From: an uncultured archaeon
GTDB taxonomy: Archaea > Aenigmatarchaeota > Aenigmatarchaeia > QMZP01 > JAFGSV01
Direction of reading: 5' to 3'
Length of the DNA: 64,000 nucleotides
NCBI GenBank assembly: GCA_964559215.1
Contig: CAZLFZ010000002.1
Span: 18,195-82,194, forward strand
This document shows, piece by piece, positions 48,801-58,885 of this stretch; positions within the stretch are counted from its first letter, which is position 1; every line of letters starts with the position of its first letter. Below the pieces are notes generated by a model. It had not been told where the DNA came from and made no database searches. It saw nothing but the letters and a program-made list of their open reading frames with translations. A program made the position numbers and the translations under genes.

Positions 48801-51800
48801 CCGCCAATATCCACGGTCCCTTTTGTAATGGGACTGGTTTCGTTCAGCTGGGGTGTGGTGTCATTTATCCATGCATGGGTGGAATTCGAGAACACCCACA
48901 CCGAATCTCCTCCAACGCAATCCGCTTCCAGAACATTTGGCTGCCAGACCGATCCAACGACACAGTAAATGCCGCCTTTATTCACGTTGTATTTGCCCGA
49001 TAAAATCATGGTCGTAGAGTCTGTCCCGTTCGGGTCACACTCAGGTCCGACGCATTTAAAGAAAAGTAAATCATCCGTGAATTCAAAACAGCTATCTACC
49101 CCCCAACAACTCTGATTTATAGAGTCTATGGTCCAAATCCTGTTCCCGGTGTCAACTTTATCCCCAGTCACATTTGGCGGAATCCCGATCATGTCAAAAA
49201 TATCGGTGGTAGCTGAATTCGCATTGCTTGTGTTGAACCAGATATGTGTCTCGTTGCTCGCGACCACCACGAGCCTGCCTCCCGCATCCTGGCACGGCTC
49301 CGGATCACCCTGGTGCAATGAACCGTTGCCGTAAACGCACATCGGAACTCCCCAAAGTGTTCCGGTAACGGCAGAACCGAATGTTATATTTTTGAGTCCT
49401 CCCGCCAGGCATATTTTTGTATCGTCATAATTGCAACCATCTTGCATTAATCCAACTCCATATGCAGTCTCGTCGTCCAAAAACCACACGGTGTCCCATG
49501 AACTGTATTCGTCGTCATTCAGCCACAGCTGGTTGTAGCATCTGTCCCTGTCATTCCGAAATTCGAGCTCCTTTTCCTTTGTGTCCTGATACCGTGTGTG
49601 TGCCTCTTCCATGCTGGGAATACCGACGTACAATTCCTTTATTTCAAATTCAATTCCCGTTTCCTTGATAACGCCGTTCGAGTCGTTTATTTCAAAATCT
49701 GCGTAATATCTTCTGGGCAGCAAACCCGCCAGGCTGACGTTGACAATGCAAACATTCGATTGCGGGGGGCAAACGGTGACGGATGGGAGTTTCTTCGGCA
49801 TATCCGACTTCTCGTCGAAAACCGAATATAACTTTGTCCCGCTCTGACTCAGGTTATGGGGGGTGCAACCCGGACCAAACTCGCAACCAATAAATTTAAT
49901 CGACATGTTTTCACTGGAGGAAAAAGTCGGGGGCCAATCCTCCATGCCCCTGAATTCCTTCCTGACTTCATAGGATGAAAGGTCAAACCACATCGTTCCT
50001 ATGTCAGTGCCTATCCCGGACACCGTGACCTTCACATTGGCCTGGTAATAGCCTTCTTTATCCAAACCTTCAATTTTAACCACTTTCATGGTCGAAGGGG
50101 AAGGGGGTCCCCACTCGGAGTATACCGTTTCATCGGTAACATTTCCTGTGAAGGAAACGTCAAGCGGGGGTCTTGACATCATCCATTTGACGCTTTCGAT
50201 GGTTGGTGTCCCTGAAATTGGCAGGATATTTTCTGGGTTATGCGGATCCCTCGGAATCAAGGCGAATAGGACCGGTTTCCCCTTTTCGTAAGCTGGTTCT
50301 CTGAACATGATGGTGAGGTTTCCGGATTTGTTTTCAACATAAACCGTTTCTACCCAGAAATTTCTTATCTCGAAACCGCCCCAGCCAAAATACGTTTTGT
50401 TGTTCACTTTGTCTTCCAGCTCAAGGTCTACACCGTACCAGCCTGTTGGTAATCCAGAACCAACCGGGTTTATTTTAACCGTTGCCGTGGAATTGATTAC
50501 CGAGCCCTGGACGACATCATAATCCGTATCGGAAATTTCTTTCATCAACTGGTCATTCCACAAGGACTTTACATCAGCAATCAGGCCTTCACACCCAGTA
50601 CATGTCAGCCCTGTTTGCATGTCCAGGTCAAGCATGGAGCCTTTATCGATATCAATGACGTTCACCTTTAACGTTATGTTTTGACCAACCCCGGCCAAAC
50701 ATTTGCCGCCGCCATCGCCACCATTTCCTTCACACTCCATATGGGCGAATATGATATATTTCTTCAATGCGAAAAACGCATCGCCAATGCCCTCTTCAAT
50801 TACACCGCTCAGGTTTGCTTTAAATCTGAACTTCATCGAGTAGAAGCCCTCTTCCCCCGGGGCAACAAATTCTATGGTCCCATTCGAGACGCTTTCGTTG
50901 CTGATATTCGCCTGGATATCTATTTCCTTGAATCCGGGGAATTCACGTCGCATCTTTATTATCTTTGCATCAAGAATGCTGGTGGCATTCAGCTCTTCCC
51001 TTGTGGATAAATCGATAACCTTTAACTTGATTCTAACGATGTTTCCGGGGGAGAAAAAAGCGAAATCTTCTCCCTTGAAGTCAACGGTGGAGCCCCTGGC
51101 CATTAATTTCTGGACCTCGAAATTGACCCCCGTGACCTTATCTCCCAGGGGATGTGAGACCTTTATTTTCGCGTTATACATGCCCGTTTTGTTTAAACCG
51201 CTGTCTATGATTATCATGCACTGCCTCTGCATTTGTGGCGGCGGAGCTTCCTCCGGGTCACTCGGGTCGTCACCAAAATACAACATGGCGCTCGTGAGGT
51301 TCTTTACCATGTAGCTAATTTCAGCGAGGTGTGAAATGTCCCTTTCGTCTCTCAAATCTAGAAGTTCCACCAGGGTGCCGCATTCGTCAACATCGGGGGT
51401 GCTTTCATTGTCTATGTCGATCATGCCAGCGGGCCCTTCCTTGCTGAACATACCACCGGCGGATATGTTCATCAACAGGGCCATTATGGTTATGTTTTTC
51501 TGGGGGGCAAATGCGCTTACTTCACCGCCCGGACCTTCCATCTGTTCCATGAATTCGTGATTCATGGCCATGGCCTCGAATCTTACAGCCTCGATGGCAA
51601 ACCCGGTATAGAACTCCTGTTGGTCACCGCTCGAAACGCCGACAATCCTTACCCCATAATCTCCGTTTGGAGCAGAATCCAGATCACGATCGTAAGAATA
51701 AACACCGGTCGATGTTTTGACAAGATTCATATTCAAAATACTTCCATTTGGATAGCTCAAAACGAAATATGCCGAATCGAGATCAAACGGGTCTCCACTT

Positions 51801-52897
51801 GGGTTTTTTGAAATCAGATTTATCCTTACAACCGGGTTTGGGGCGAAGGAATGGCTGGGATTACCATCCAAGTCCGTTATCATTCCCATGAGGTTGAAGG
51901 CTTCGACCGCAAAGACTTCGACACCAATAGAATCGTTAAGGCTTATCGTGTAAATTCCAGGATTCGATGGTGCGTTAAAGCTGTCAAGAAAATAACCAGA
52001 GCTATTTGTTTTACCCGAGCTTGTATCCAAAACAGTCCCTAAAGAATTCAACAATCTTATGTCAACCGTTTTGTTTTCCATCAAATTTTTACTGGCATTT
52101 TTTACCAAAACGATAAAGTTAACAGTTTCACTTGGACTATAGACTGAATCATCCGCGGGGATTGCAAGAATAATTTTATTACCAGTATCTTCTACCTCCC
52201 CTATCAAATAGTTGAATATTTTATCACCCTCTCTGAGGGACTGGTATTCAAGGGCGAAATAAGATCCGGAATCTTCGGTGTCGTTGTAGAGCAAAAAGAG
52301 CATGTCATCGTCTATGTACAATGTATCGTATGTTTCGTTGAAATTCTGGTCAACCAAGACAAAATGGAAGTCTCGAGAATCTCCTGTCAAATTGGTGATA
52401 TTTCCATAATGCAAAACCCCTGAAATCGATAAATCAATCAGTTCGGAGAAGTTACCCCCCAAGGCCTCGCCACTATTTATCAGGGTGCTCGTATCTGCGG
52501 TCTTGACATCGCTGCTGCCTAACAGGTGAGCCTCCAAAAACATGAGTTCTGATACTATTGAAAAATACAATGTGACAGAGTCTGAGCCATCTGTAACGAC
52601 AACGGAATAGCTTCCAGCCGGAGATGTGGTTCCATTCAAAAAATATGGCGAAAAGGTAAACTCACCGTTTGATGAGGTTGTATTTAGAACGGCTATGGTC
52701 TGCAAGGTTAAATCGTATATCGTTGTGGTGATGTTGACTTGAGTCACATTACTTATCTTTCCGGAAACTGTCATGTTCTCGTTTTCAACATAAACCATCT
52801 TGTCCGTTGATGCAGATATTTGATAAGCATATGCGGAATTGACAATTATCAAAAAACTTAGAATCGTGAGGATCGAAAGATTTAAAAACTTTTGCAT
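45842..52897 (-). CDS. Giant (2351 aa) secreted beta-rich protein
   Basis: Uninterrupted 7-kb ORF, signal peptide, many NxS/T sequons, Ig/MG2-like N-terminal segments. Confidence 0.88.
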   Translation of the reverse strand: MQKFLNLSILTILSFLIIVNSAYAYQISASTDKMVYVENENMTVSGKISNVTQVNITTTIYDLTLQTIAVLNTTSSNGEFTFSPYFLNGTTSPAGSYSVVVTDGSDSVTLYFSIVSELMFLEAHLLGSSDVKTADTSTLINSGEALGGNFSELIDLSISGVLHYGNITNLTGDSRDFHFVLVDQNFNETYDTLYIDDDMLFLLYNDTEDSGSYFALEYQSLREGDKIFNYLIGEVEDTGNKIILAIPADDSVYSPSETVNFIVLVKNASKNLMENKTVDIRLLNSLGTVLDTSSGKTNSSGYFLDSFNAPSNPGIYTISLNDSIGVEVFAVEAFNLMGMITDLDGNPSHSFAPNPVVRINLISKNPSGDPFDLDSAYFVLSYPNGSILNMNLVKTSTGVYSYDRDLDSAPNGDYGVRIVGVSSGDQQEFYTGFAIEAVRFEAMAMNHEFMEQMEGPGGEVSAFAPQKNITIMALLMNISAGGMFSKEGPAGMIDIDNESTPDVDECGTLVELLDLRDERDISHLAEISYMVKNLTSAMLYFGDDPSDPEEAPPPQMQRQCMIIIDSGLNKTGMYNAKIKVSHPLGDKVTGVNFEVQKLMARGSTVDFKGEDFAFFSPGNIVRIKLKVIDLSTREELNATSILDAKIIKMRREFPGFKEIDIQANISNESVSNGTIEFVAPGEEGFYSMKFRFKANLSGVIEEGIGDAFFALKKYIIFAHMECEGNGGDGGGKCLAGVGQNITLKVNVIDIDKGSMLDLDMQTGLTCTGCEGLIADVKSLWNDQLMKEISDTDYDVVQGSVINSTATVKINPVGSGLPTGWYGVDLELEDKVNNKTYFGWGGFEIRNFWVETVYVENKSGNLTIMFREPAYEKGKPVLFALIPRDPHNPENILPISGTPTIESVKWMMSRPPLDVSFTGNVTDETVYSEWGPPSPSTMKVVKIEGLDKEGYYQANVKVTVSGIGTDIGTMWFDLSSYEVRKEFRGMEDWPPTFSSSENMSIKFIGCEFGPGCTPHNLSQSGTKLYSVFDEKSDMPKKLPSVTVCPPQSNVCIVNVSLAGLLPRRYYADFEINDSNGVIKETGIEFEIKELYVGIPSMEEAHTRYQDTKEKELEFRNDRDRCYNQLWLNDDEYSSWDTVWFLDDETAYGVGLMQDGCNYDDTKICLAGGLKNITFGSAVTGTLWGVPMCVYGNGSLHQGDPEPCQDAGGRLVVVASNETHIWFNTSNANSATTDIFDMIGIPPNVTGDKVDTGNRIWTIDSINQSCWGVDSCFEFTDDLLFFKCVGPECDPNGTDSTTMILSGKYNVNKGGIYCVVGSVWQPNVLEADCVGGDSVWVFSNSTHAWINDTTPQLNETSPITKGTVDIGGTEWYVIDVGKDVNGEDDEEKIRIAPGNTKNIISINGESINITVSEKYSKNYGNKFCIGLQGEWHQTYQDCVNETTVYVVSNSTAIWVNETGNLNTSEPLVNGSVFYNFSSRNWSVVSVSDANDERMVAVRHADGRICGEAEMNCGPQGCDQIQYSLKPANSDYTEIYHGYRDLIQDEWIGEELGINNSKPVYIYHNTTNLFMSKDLDFTGEMGKRINEIITDPYGGEWKVKKLTKRVVELTGVNVLSGSGIYINTNLSKSGTILIGKIEEEYLGKWGKEGASGLDLNGDGLKNTSLVFALSDNVTKSIYDTFFYSLDENFTNTSQIIPIDSNKATRTFGFNDTVTLLSIDASANRIKLYSKEKGDWGELGEFKIGSKIKIPIIVRTPAGQPTTANVSIHWLKIKDEQGTQFVELTSTIPNKSISDIDEIEINLTELGYPSAGEYIFSVEAKKDGDVEKLDEWKWPRATMRAFLVDSHTGDAHYVSSFKELPTLRFDWENYGEVARIRADRRNESNIVEGILTHADPFGFGPEECVPPSMCAANWSNCTLLRDHEEDRYYLYSHDDQLLYSNDTSCNFTGSETNYTEGDSLLLDVQGKTYNLTVLRIDIYDESGCGGPCYRASFGVPGVNSSVIKPMRNDTNNQEWGIEWGYMPNVSIWGVYYDIILAGGTQNYPMCDNWEMEECAKVAWFDTDGNFSNAVSAAMGESFATDLYLAKIGPGPWEGLIIANHSVIGSRPLVDVRQRDNTNSYFKVFKETEMGVDFNMDGAINKTFYAVLFDDRDDGEQNLTNILVDDDLQITEDWWRNESIGQPAFSDYYDFNSTELGSTRENWGNLPIGIWSGNIRFDEWIENASWEEQPEWRILEFNVTDALLVKDKWEIKEDENVTFLLRAYDFDQTPKQNTVLSVKSVMLCGMFGSNLLQEGAGYTITNVKNVTGPDGYGILKINHPADKWSEGDYMVRIEANYTGSVEIVNSWFRVGEEKWK

Positions 52898-53003
52898 AAT
52901 GTTATTTGCCTGAAGTTCTTAAAAAGTTATGTTTAAACGCTTAGGGTTGTGCTGTCCCGAAATAATTATGGGACAATACATTAAACGCTTAGGATTTTGT
53001 CAC

Positions 53004-53378
53004 CTATTCAAAAGATAATCTGTCACCGGTTGATGTTTTTGTCTTCCTTATTCTGCCTGCCTTAAGTTCCAGAACCCATCTGGCAGTTTTCCCAGGGGAG
53101 TAAACCCGCCATGAACCGGGATTTATCCCGACGGGTTTTATATTCTCAAATGCTTCAACTATCCTTTTCTCCGAATCCATGAAAATCAGGTCAATAGCAA
53201 ACCTCATCCCCAGCATCCAAACGCCGTAAAATCCCTCGCGTTCAAACTCCATCAGGAATCCGGCTGAATCATCAATCCCGCTCCTGAACATCAGGCCGAT
53301 TGTTTTCTTCCAGAACCTAGTCGCTACCTCGACTTTGTCAGCGAGCAGTGCTTTCCGGGTTTTGTTGCTTATTTTCAT
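53004..53378 (-). CDS. DUF192 family protein
   Basis: GLMFR, WM..MRFAIDLIF, VLEL.AG. Confidence 0.9.
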   Translation of the reverse strand: MKISNKTRKALLADKVEVATRFWKKTIGLMFRSGIDDSAGFLMEFEREGFYGVWMLGMRFAIDLIFMDSEKRIVEAFENIKPVGINPGSWRVYSPGKTARWVLELKAGRIRKTKTSTGDRLSFE

Positions 53379-53441
53379 CTCATTATTATGTAGAATAAAT
53401 TAATATTGTTCAAGTGTTCGAATTTTGTTATTTTTGTTCAG

Positions 53442-55706
53442 TCAATTATTCGATTTTTCGTGTCTTTCCAGGCTCTCCTGCCTGTCTGTGCTCTTCTCGG
53501 ATTCCAGGCCGCTCAGCTGCCTCTTCATGTCCTTTGCGACGTTGGGCCCGACAATCTGGGCAATGGACGTGACCGGGGCCTTTCTGAGGCTTTCAAGGCT
53601 TCGCAGGCCCCTGTCGAACAGCCCCCTGGCCCTTACCCGCCCGACGCCCCTCAGCTTTACCAGAGGCAGCAACTCTTCCTTGATGCCATACTTGATCCTC
53701 AGCCTCGTCTTCCTTACGTGCCTGATGATGTCGAGCATGTTCAGCAGCACGCCAAGCTCCTGCATGGAGTAGAACAGCCAGTCGGACATGTCCAGCCTTC
53801 CCCTCAGCTCTCCGGGGGTGACCCCCAAATTTTCAAGCAGAGCATCCTCCCCAACCTCTTCCGCCCATTCGCTGAGCATCCATGTAAGCTTCAGGGCACG
53901 GAGAAATTCATCATACTCGATGTCCCATTCATCGGGTATTTCGCCAATCAGGTTCTTGTGCTGCTCGAGCAGGAAGTCCTGCAGGCTATCCGTCCCATCC
54001 TCCTTCTCCATGTCCTTCTTCCTGACATTGAGCCCCGGCTTCATCTCCAGGCACTGGGAAATAACATGGAGTATGGAAATCCCCGATGTTTTTTTCTGGG
54101 CATGCATCTTCCCAAGGCTTTCGATTATGTGGTTCGCGGTAAGGGGGTCTATGTAGAGCTCGGCCACCCTCTTCCCGATCCTCGTGGGCCTTATCTCCTC
54201 CCTCCCTCTTGTCACAAGAGAGGATGCAGACCTGAAATCGCCCATGTCTTCACCGCCTGAGCCGCCCATCTCTATGAACTTGAATCCCTGCAGCATCTCC
54301 AGTACCTTGTCGATCTCTCTGGTGAGGGCCCCCATATCCTTGTACTGGAAGGCGTAGAATGTCTTGGAGAAGAATTCGAGCAGGGAATCCTTCGTTGTGC
54401 CGTTGTCGGTCGCTATGAGGGACAAGACATGCATCCTGAGCACAGGCTCAACGCCGAGCTTCGACATTATCTTTTCAGGCTCTCCCTTGATGTACTCTTT
54501 CCATAATTTTTTAGCCTCGCCGGAACTGCGCGCTATCAGTATAGCCTCCCCCTCGGAATCGAAGGCCGGCCGACCAGCTCTACCACACATCTGCTGGATT
54601 TCCAGCACAGGTATGTAGTCCATCCCCCTGAAAGACGAAAACCTCTTCAGGTCCCTGACAACGACCCTGAAGCTCGGCAGATTGACCCCCATGGCAAGGG
54701 TCGGCGTGGCGCATATGATTTTTATCAGCCCCAGTCTGAAATTGTCCTCTATGAGGTGTCTCTGCTTGGCGACCAGGCCTGCGTGATGGAAGACGGCGCC
54801 CCTTTGCAGGCACTTGGCCAGCCTTTCGCACTGCTTTGTTGGGTGCTCCAAAGCATGGGAGATGTCGTAAGACACCTTGACAAGATCGCTCTTTTCCTGC
54901 GGTTTTATATACGGCCTCAGAATCTCACCCAGCTTCTCCGCCAGCGATTCCGCCCTCTTCCTGGTCGAGACGAAAATCATGGACTGCTTCCCCATATGCA
55001 CGGTGTCTCTTGCTATTTCAAACACGGGAGGCAGATCGACGCCCAGTTTCAAAGCCGGTTTTTTCGGGTGCCAGTTGATCTTCCCCAGCAGGAACAGCCC
55101 GTTGTACAGCTTCACGGGCCTGTAGTCCGATTTCACGGCCCTCGCATCGAGCCATTCAGCGAGCTCCTTGTGGTTGTTTATCGTCGCCGACAAAGCAATG
55201 ATCTGCGGATTGATGAGCTGCCTGAGCCTGGTGAGTATCACCTCAAGGGTGGGTCCCCTGTTCGGCGAATCTATGAGGTGTATCTCGTCCGCGATGACAA
55301 GGCCGACAGAATCCAGCCAGGGAGCCCCGTGCCTTATCAGGGAATCAAGCTTCTCGCTGGTGACGATGATGATGTCAAACCCCGCCAGCCACGGATCCGA
55401 CGAATCCTTGTCCCCGACAGACATGGCTATCCTGAATCCCATCTTCTCGTACTTATCCTTGAACTCGTTATACTTCTCAGATGCCAGGGCCTTCAGTGGA
55501 ACGATGTACAAGGCCTTTTTCCCGACCATGACCGTTTTAAGCATCGCCATCTCCGCTATCAGGGTCTTGCCTGAAGCGGTCGGGGCAGCCACCACCAAAT
55601 TATTTCCATCGAGAACTCCGGCTTTCAAGGCGCTCTGCTGGACAGGATTCAGATGTGAGAAACCGCATGCCTCCAAAACCCTTCCCACGACATCGTCTGA
55701 GTTCAT
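53442..55706 (-). CDS. hel308: Ski2-like DNA helicase Hel308
   Basis: PTASGKT, DEIH, SAT, HHAGL, QMCGRAGRP, GVGRVRAR. Confidence 0.95.
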   Translation of the reverse strand: MNSDDVVGRVLEACGFSHLNPVQQSALKAGVLDGNNLVVAAPTASGKTLIAEMAMLKTVMVGKKALYIVPLKALASEKYNEFKDKYEKMGFRIAMSVGDKDSSDPWLAGFDIIIVTSEKLDSLIRHGAPWLDSVGLVIADEIHLIDSPNRGPTLEVILTRLRQLINPQIIALSATINNHKELAEWLDARAVKSDYRPVKLYNGLFLLGKINWHPKKPALKLGVDLPPVFEIARDTVHMGKQSMIFVSTRKRAESLAEKLGEILRPYIKPQEKSDLVKVSYDISHALEHPTKQCERLAKCLQRGAVFHHAGLVAKQRHLIEDNFRLGLIKIICATPTLAMGVNLPSFRVVVRDLKRFSSFRGMDYIPVLEIQQMCGRAGRPAFDSEGEAILIARSSGEAKKLWKEYIKGEPEKIMSKLGVEPVLRMHVLSLIATDNGTTKDSLLEFFSKTFYAFQYKDMGALTREIDKVLEMLQGFKFIEMGGSGGEDMGDFRSASSLVTRGREEIRPTRIGKRVAELYIDPLTANHIIESLGKMHAQKKTSGISILHVISQCLEMKPGLNVRKKDMEKEDGTDSLQDFLLEQHKNLIGEIPDEWDIEYDEFLRALKLTWMLSEWAEEVGEDALLENLGVTPGELRGRLDMSDWLFYSMQELGVLLNMLDIIRHVRKTRLRIKYGIKEELLPLVKLRGVGRVRARGLFDRGLRSLESLRKAPVTSIAQIVGPNVAKDMKRQLSGLESEKSTDRQESLERHEKSNN

Positions 55707-55744
55707 AATACTCTTTAAAACATAAAAGTTAAATTATTTGAAGT

Positions 55745-56896
55745 ATGAAAATGCTTGAAAGGCCGGGATGGGGAGAACTGGCAACCTTTGTGCCGAACAA
55801 GATTTTGCCTGTGTACAACTGGTTCTATTACAAGGAGGGCTTCAGCAGAGAACTTGTTGGTAAAATCATTGAAAAATTCAAAATAAAAAGGGGTGACACG
55901 GTTCTCGATCCATTCTGCGGCGTGGGAACGGCATTGCTGGCATGCAGACAGCTCGGGGTGGATTCGATCGGATTCGACGTCCATCCCGTGGCGGTGTTCG
56001 CAGCCAAGGTAAAGACCACTGATTATGATGCAGACGACGCAGAAAAGCTCAAGGGAGCCGCAAAATCCTTGCTGAAGATAAAATTCCAAAGAGCTGAAAT
56101 CGGAACCAGGAATCCCCTGATAAAGAGGGCATTCAACAGGCATACCCTTGAGGACGTGATATTCTTCAGAAACGAGATCATGGCGATGGATGATGCCAAA
56201 ACAAGGGATTTTTTCATGCTTGCCCTGTTAAACGTAGCCATGAGGTGCAGCTATGCGTGGAAGGACGGGGCTGTGATCAAGATCAGAAAACATCCGGTCC
56301 CTCCATTGAGGAATTTGCTGAGAAGGCAGGTGCACAGGATGATAAAAGACGTGCTTAAATTCGAAAAAACGGATGCCAGGTGCGCCATCGAATTTGGGGA
56401 TGCAAGGAGGATGAAGCTGGCTAACGATACCATAGACGCTGTCATAACCTCACCGCCTTACCTTAACAAGATCGAGTACACAAAGGTTTACTCGATAGAA
56501 CTCGAACTCTTCTTCCGGCAACAGGCAAAACCGGCACTGAGGTCGTACATCGGGATGGAAAATGAGAAAATGCTGCTTGAAAAAGGCAAGATTGAAAATA
56601 TAACAGGCGGGGCTGATTTGCCCCTCCCAGCAACGGCCTATTTCAACGACATGCACGAGGTAATAAAAGAGCTGCACAGGGTGTGCAGGCCTGGCGCCAG
56701 AGTCGGGATCGTGGTCGGGAACGGCTGCTTCCCGGCGGGGGTTGTGGAATCCGACGTCATACTGAGCAAAATCGCTGAAAATCTTGGCTTCGAGGCGAAT
56801 GAAATCCTGGTTCTCAACAAGCGATGGTGCACGAAAAACAGGGTGGAAAAAGTAGGGATTGCAAGGGAGAGCCTTATAATATGGAAAAAGTGTTGA
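55745..56896 (+). CDS. DNA amino-methyltransferase (probably N4-cytosine)
   Basis: DPFCGVGT (motif I) precedes TSPPY (motif IV). Confidence 0.85.
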   Translation: MKMLERPGWGELATFVPNKILPVYNWFYYKEGFSRELVGKIIEKFKIKRGDTVLDPFCGVGTALLACRQLGVDSIGFDVHPVAVFAAKVKTTDYDADDAEKLKGAAKSLLKIKFQRAEIGTRNPLIKRAFNRHTLEDVIFFRNEIMAMDDAKTRDFFMLALLNVAMRCSYAWKDGAVIKIRKHPVPPLRNLLRRQVHRMIKDVLKFEKTDARCAIEFGDARRMKLANDTIDAVITSPPYLNKIEYTKVYSIELELFFRQQAKPALRSYIGMENEKMLLEKGKIENITGGADLPLPATAYFNDMHEVIKELHRVCRPGARVGIVVGNGCFPAGVVESDVILSKIAENLGFEANEILVLNKRWCTKNRVEKVGIARESLIIWKKC

Positions 56897-56976
56897 TTTC
56901 CCACCCCTTTCCCACCTTAAAGTAGATAAATTTATTAGTGTTTGGGCACAAATATATAATTGAAGGCGTATCTTCC

Positions 56977-58254
56977 ATGGATTACAAGGGTAAAATAGCC
57001 TTTGTGTCGACGTGGGAAATCCCTTGCGGCATCGCCAGGTTCACCTTGCAGCTCGCGGATGCGGTTGAAAGTTTAGGTTATTCTACACACATTTTTTCTT
57101 TCAGGAACGGTCATGACAGTTCTTATGGCGACGAGAAGGCGCGCTACATTGCAAACCAAGATGATTCGGATTATCCTTACAAGTTCGCCGAGGCTATTCG
57201 CGAGTGGGGTGCTGACGGCGTTGATGTGGAGCATGAATACGGGATATTCCAGGACTCGGAACTCCTTCTTAACCTAATCGAAGAAATCGAAAGGGGTGGC
57301 ACAAAAACGGCGACTACATTTCACTCGATGTTCAGCATGTTGACAAGGCACCAGGCAGAAACGGTCTATAACACTCTTAAAAGGGGGTATGCTAGCATAT
57401 TCCCGATGCAGTACCAACTTAAGAGGTTGCCGGGAAACTTTAGAAGATACCACCTTGGAAACGGGGATATTGAAGAGTTGAGGAAGAAGGTGAGAATAAT
57501 ACCGCACGGAGTGCCGATAATGAGAAACGGAGAAAAGAGCAAAGATGATTATAAAGGCATTTTTGGGCTGCGGGGGAAGAAAATCGTTGGTATGACAAGG
57601 GGCTGGTCCCTCAACAAGGGTTTTGACAGGGTCATAAGGATGTGGCCGGACATAAAGGGTGAAGTTGGGGACGGCTGGGTGCTTGTTGTGGCGGGCGACA
57701 CAAAAAGCCATATACCAAACCCGGGGAGTGTATATTCGAGAAATGTCATAGCACAGGATAGGTATGTTGAAGATATGTACATGAAAGCTTATGAAGCATC
57801 GAGTGCAAAGGATAGTATCGTTTTGAGAAGGGATATCAAGCCTGAAAGCGGACTTTTATATGATGAGATGAGTGCGGCCTTTGACATAGCTGTGCTGCCC
57901 TATGTCAAAGGGAGAATCGCAACTGTTAATGAGAAGATGAGACCGAAACATGAGAATGTGAAGGGGGAGAGCCAGTCAGGAACAGCTTGTGATGTGCTTG
58001 GTGCCAATGCCGATATGCCAAGGGGCGAAGGGGTGATGCTCGTTGGGAGTGACATAGAAGGCATGGGGATACAGATAAGGGACAGTGGTGGTTTGGCCGT
58101 GGAGCCGGGCAATGACGACGCCCTCAGGTCATCTCTGATAGAGACCATGAGAAATGAAGACATGCGGCGTGAAAGATACGAACTCGGGAAGCGATACGCC
58201 CATGATTACAGCTGGGATAATGTGGCGGAGAAGGTTGTTTCTATTTTTCAATAA
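56977..58254 (+). CDS. GT4-family glycosyltransferase
   Basis: CGIA.F, HEYGIF, IPHG, NKG, LPY...SG, YSW. Confidence 0.85.
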   Translation: MDYKGKIAFVSTWEIPCGIARFTLQLADAVESLGYSTHIFSFRNGHDSSYGDEKARYIANQDDSDYPYKFAEAIREWGADGVDVEHEYGIFQDSELLLNLIEEIERGGTKTATTFHSMFSMLTRHQAETVYNTLKRGYASIFPMQYQLKRLPGNFRRYHLGNGDIEELRKKVRIIPHGVPIMRNGEKSKDDYKGIFGLRGKKIVGMTRGWSLNKGFDRVIRMWPDIKGEVGDGWVLVVAGDTKSHIPNPGSVYSRNVIAQDRYVEDMYMKAYEASSAKDSIVLRRDIKPESGLLYDEMSAAFDIAVLPYVKGRIATVNEKMRPKHENVKGESQSGTACDVLGANADMPRGEGVMLVGSDIEGMGIQIRDSGGLAVEPGNDDALRSSLIETMRNEDMRRERYELGKRYAHDYSWDNVAEKVVSIFQ

Positions 58255-58822
58255 GCTTAAGGACTTCCACAATCTTTGAGCCGAGGTTTTCGCAAGTCTC
58301 TATCCCTGTTTTGTCTTCTTTCGGCTTTGTTCCGCGAGGCACCCAGCCAATGCCTCCAAAATGTGCCGTCCCCTTGTCGGTGACAACTATCATCTCGTGT
58401 AGTCCCATCCATGTCAGTATCTGCCTGCAGACCAGTTCCTGCCCGCCGTTCCTGCTCGCCCCGACCGAGATGGCCCCTCCCACCTTGTTCCTCAGCCTGA
58501 AGCCGTTCCTCCTCAGGGGCAGGGACCTGTCAAACATGTTCTTGGTCTTCCCGGAAACGCACGAGAAATATGCGGGGCTCGCAATTATCATCGCATCAGC
58601 GGATTCCATCTTTGTAAGAATCTCCTCCATGCCATCCTTCTGGGAGCAGTCGTATTTCTTTTTGCAAAGATCGCACACGACACACGGCTTGATTTCCCTG
58701 TCATAAAGCGTTATTGTCTCTGTCTCAAGCCCTTCTCTCTCGCAAACCGACAGAGCCTTCTGCAGGAAAAACATGGTAGTGCTCTCCTGCCTGTGCGATC
58801 CGCATATACCGAGAACCTTCAT
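58241..58822 (-). CDS. Iron-sulfur flavoprotein / multimeric flavodoxin
   Basis: CVVCDLC...C, ASPAYF, RNGGQE. Confidence 0.9.
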   Translation of the reverse strand: MKVLGICGSHRQESTTMFFLQKALSVCEREGLETETITLYDREIKPCVVCDLCKKKYDCSQKDGMEEILTKMESADAMIIASPAYFSCVSGKTKNMFDRSLPLRRNGFRLRNKVGGAISVGASRNGGQELVCRQILTWMGLHEMIVVTDKGTAHFGGIGWVPRGTKPKEDKTGIETCENLGSKIVEVLKLIEK

Positions 58823-58885
58823 TTAACCACGATATACTTTTGACTAAAAGAATAAAAAAAGGAAAGAAAAAGAAATTGAATAAAT

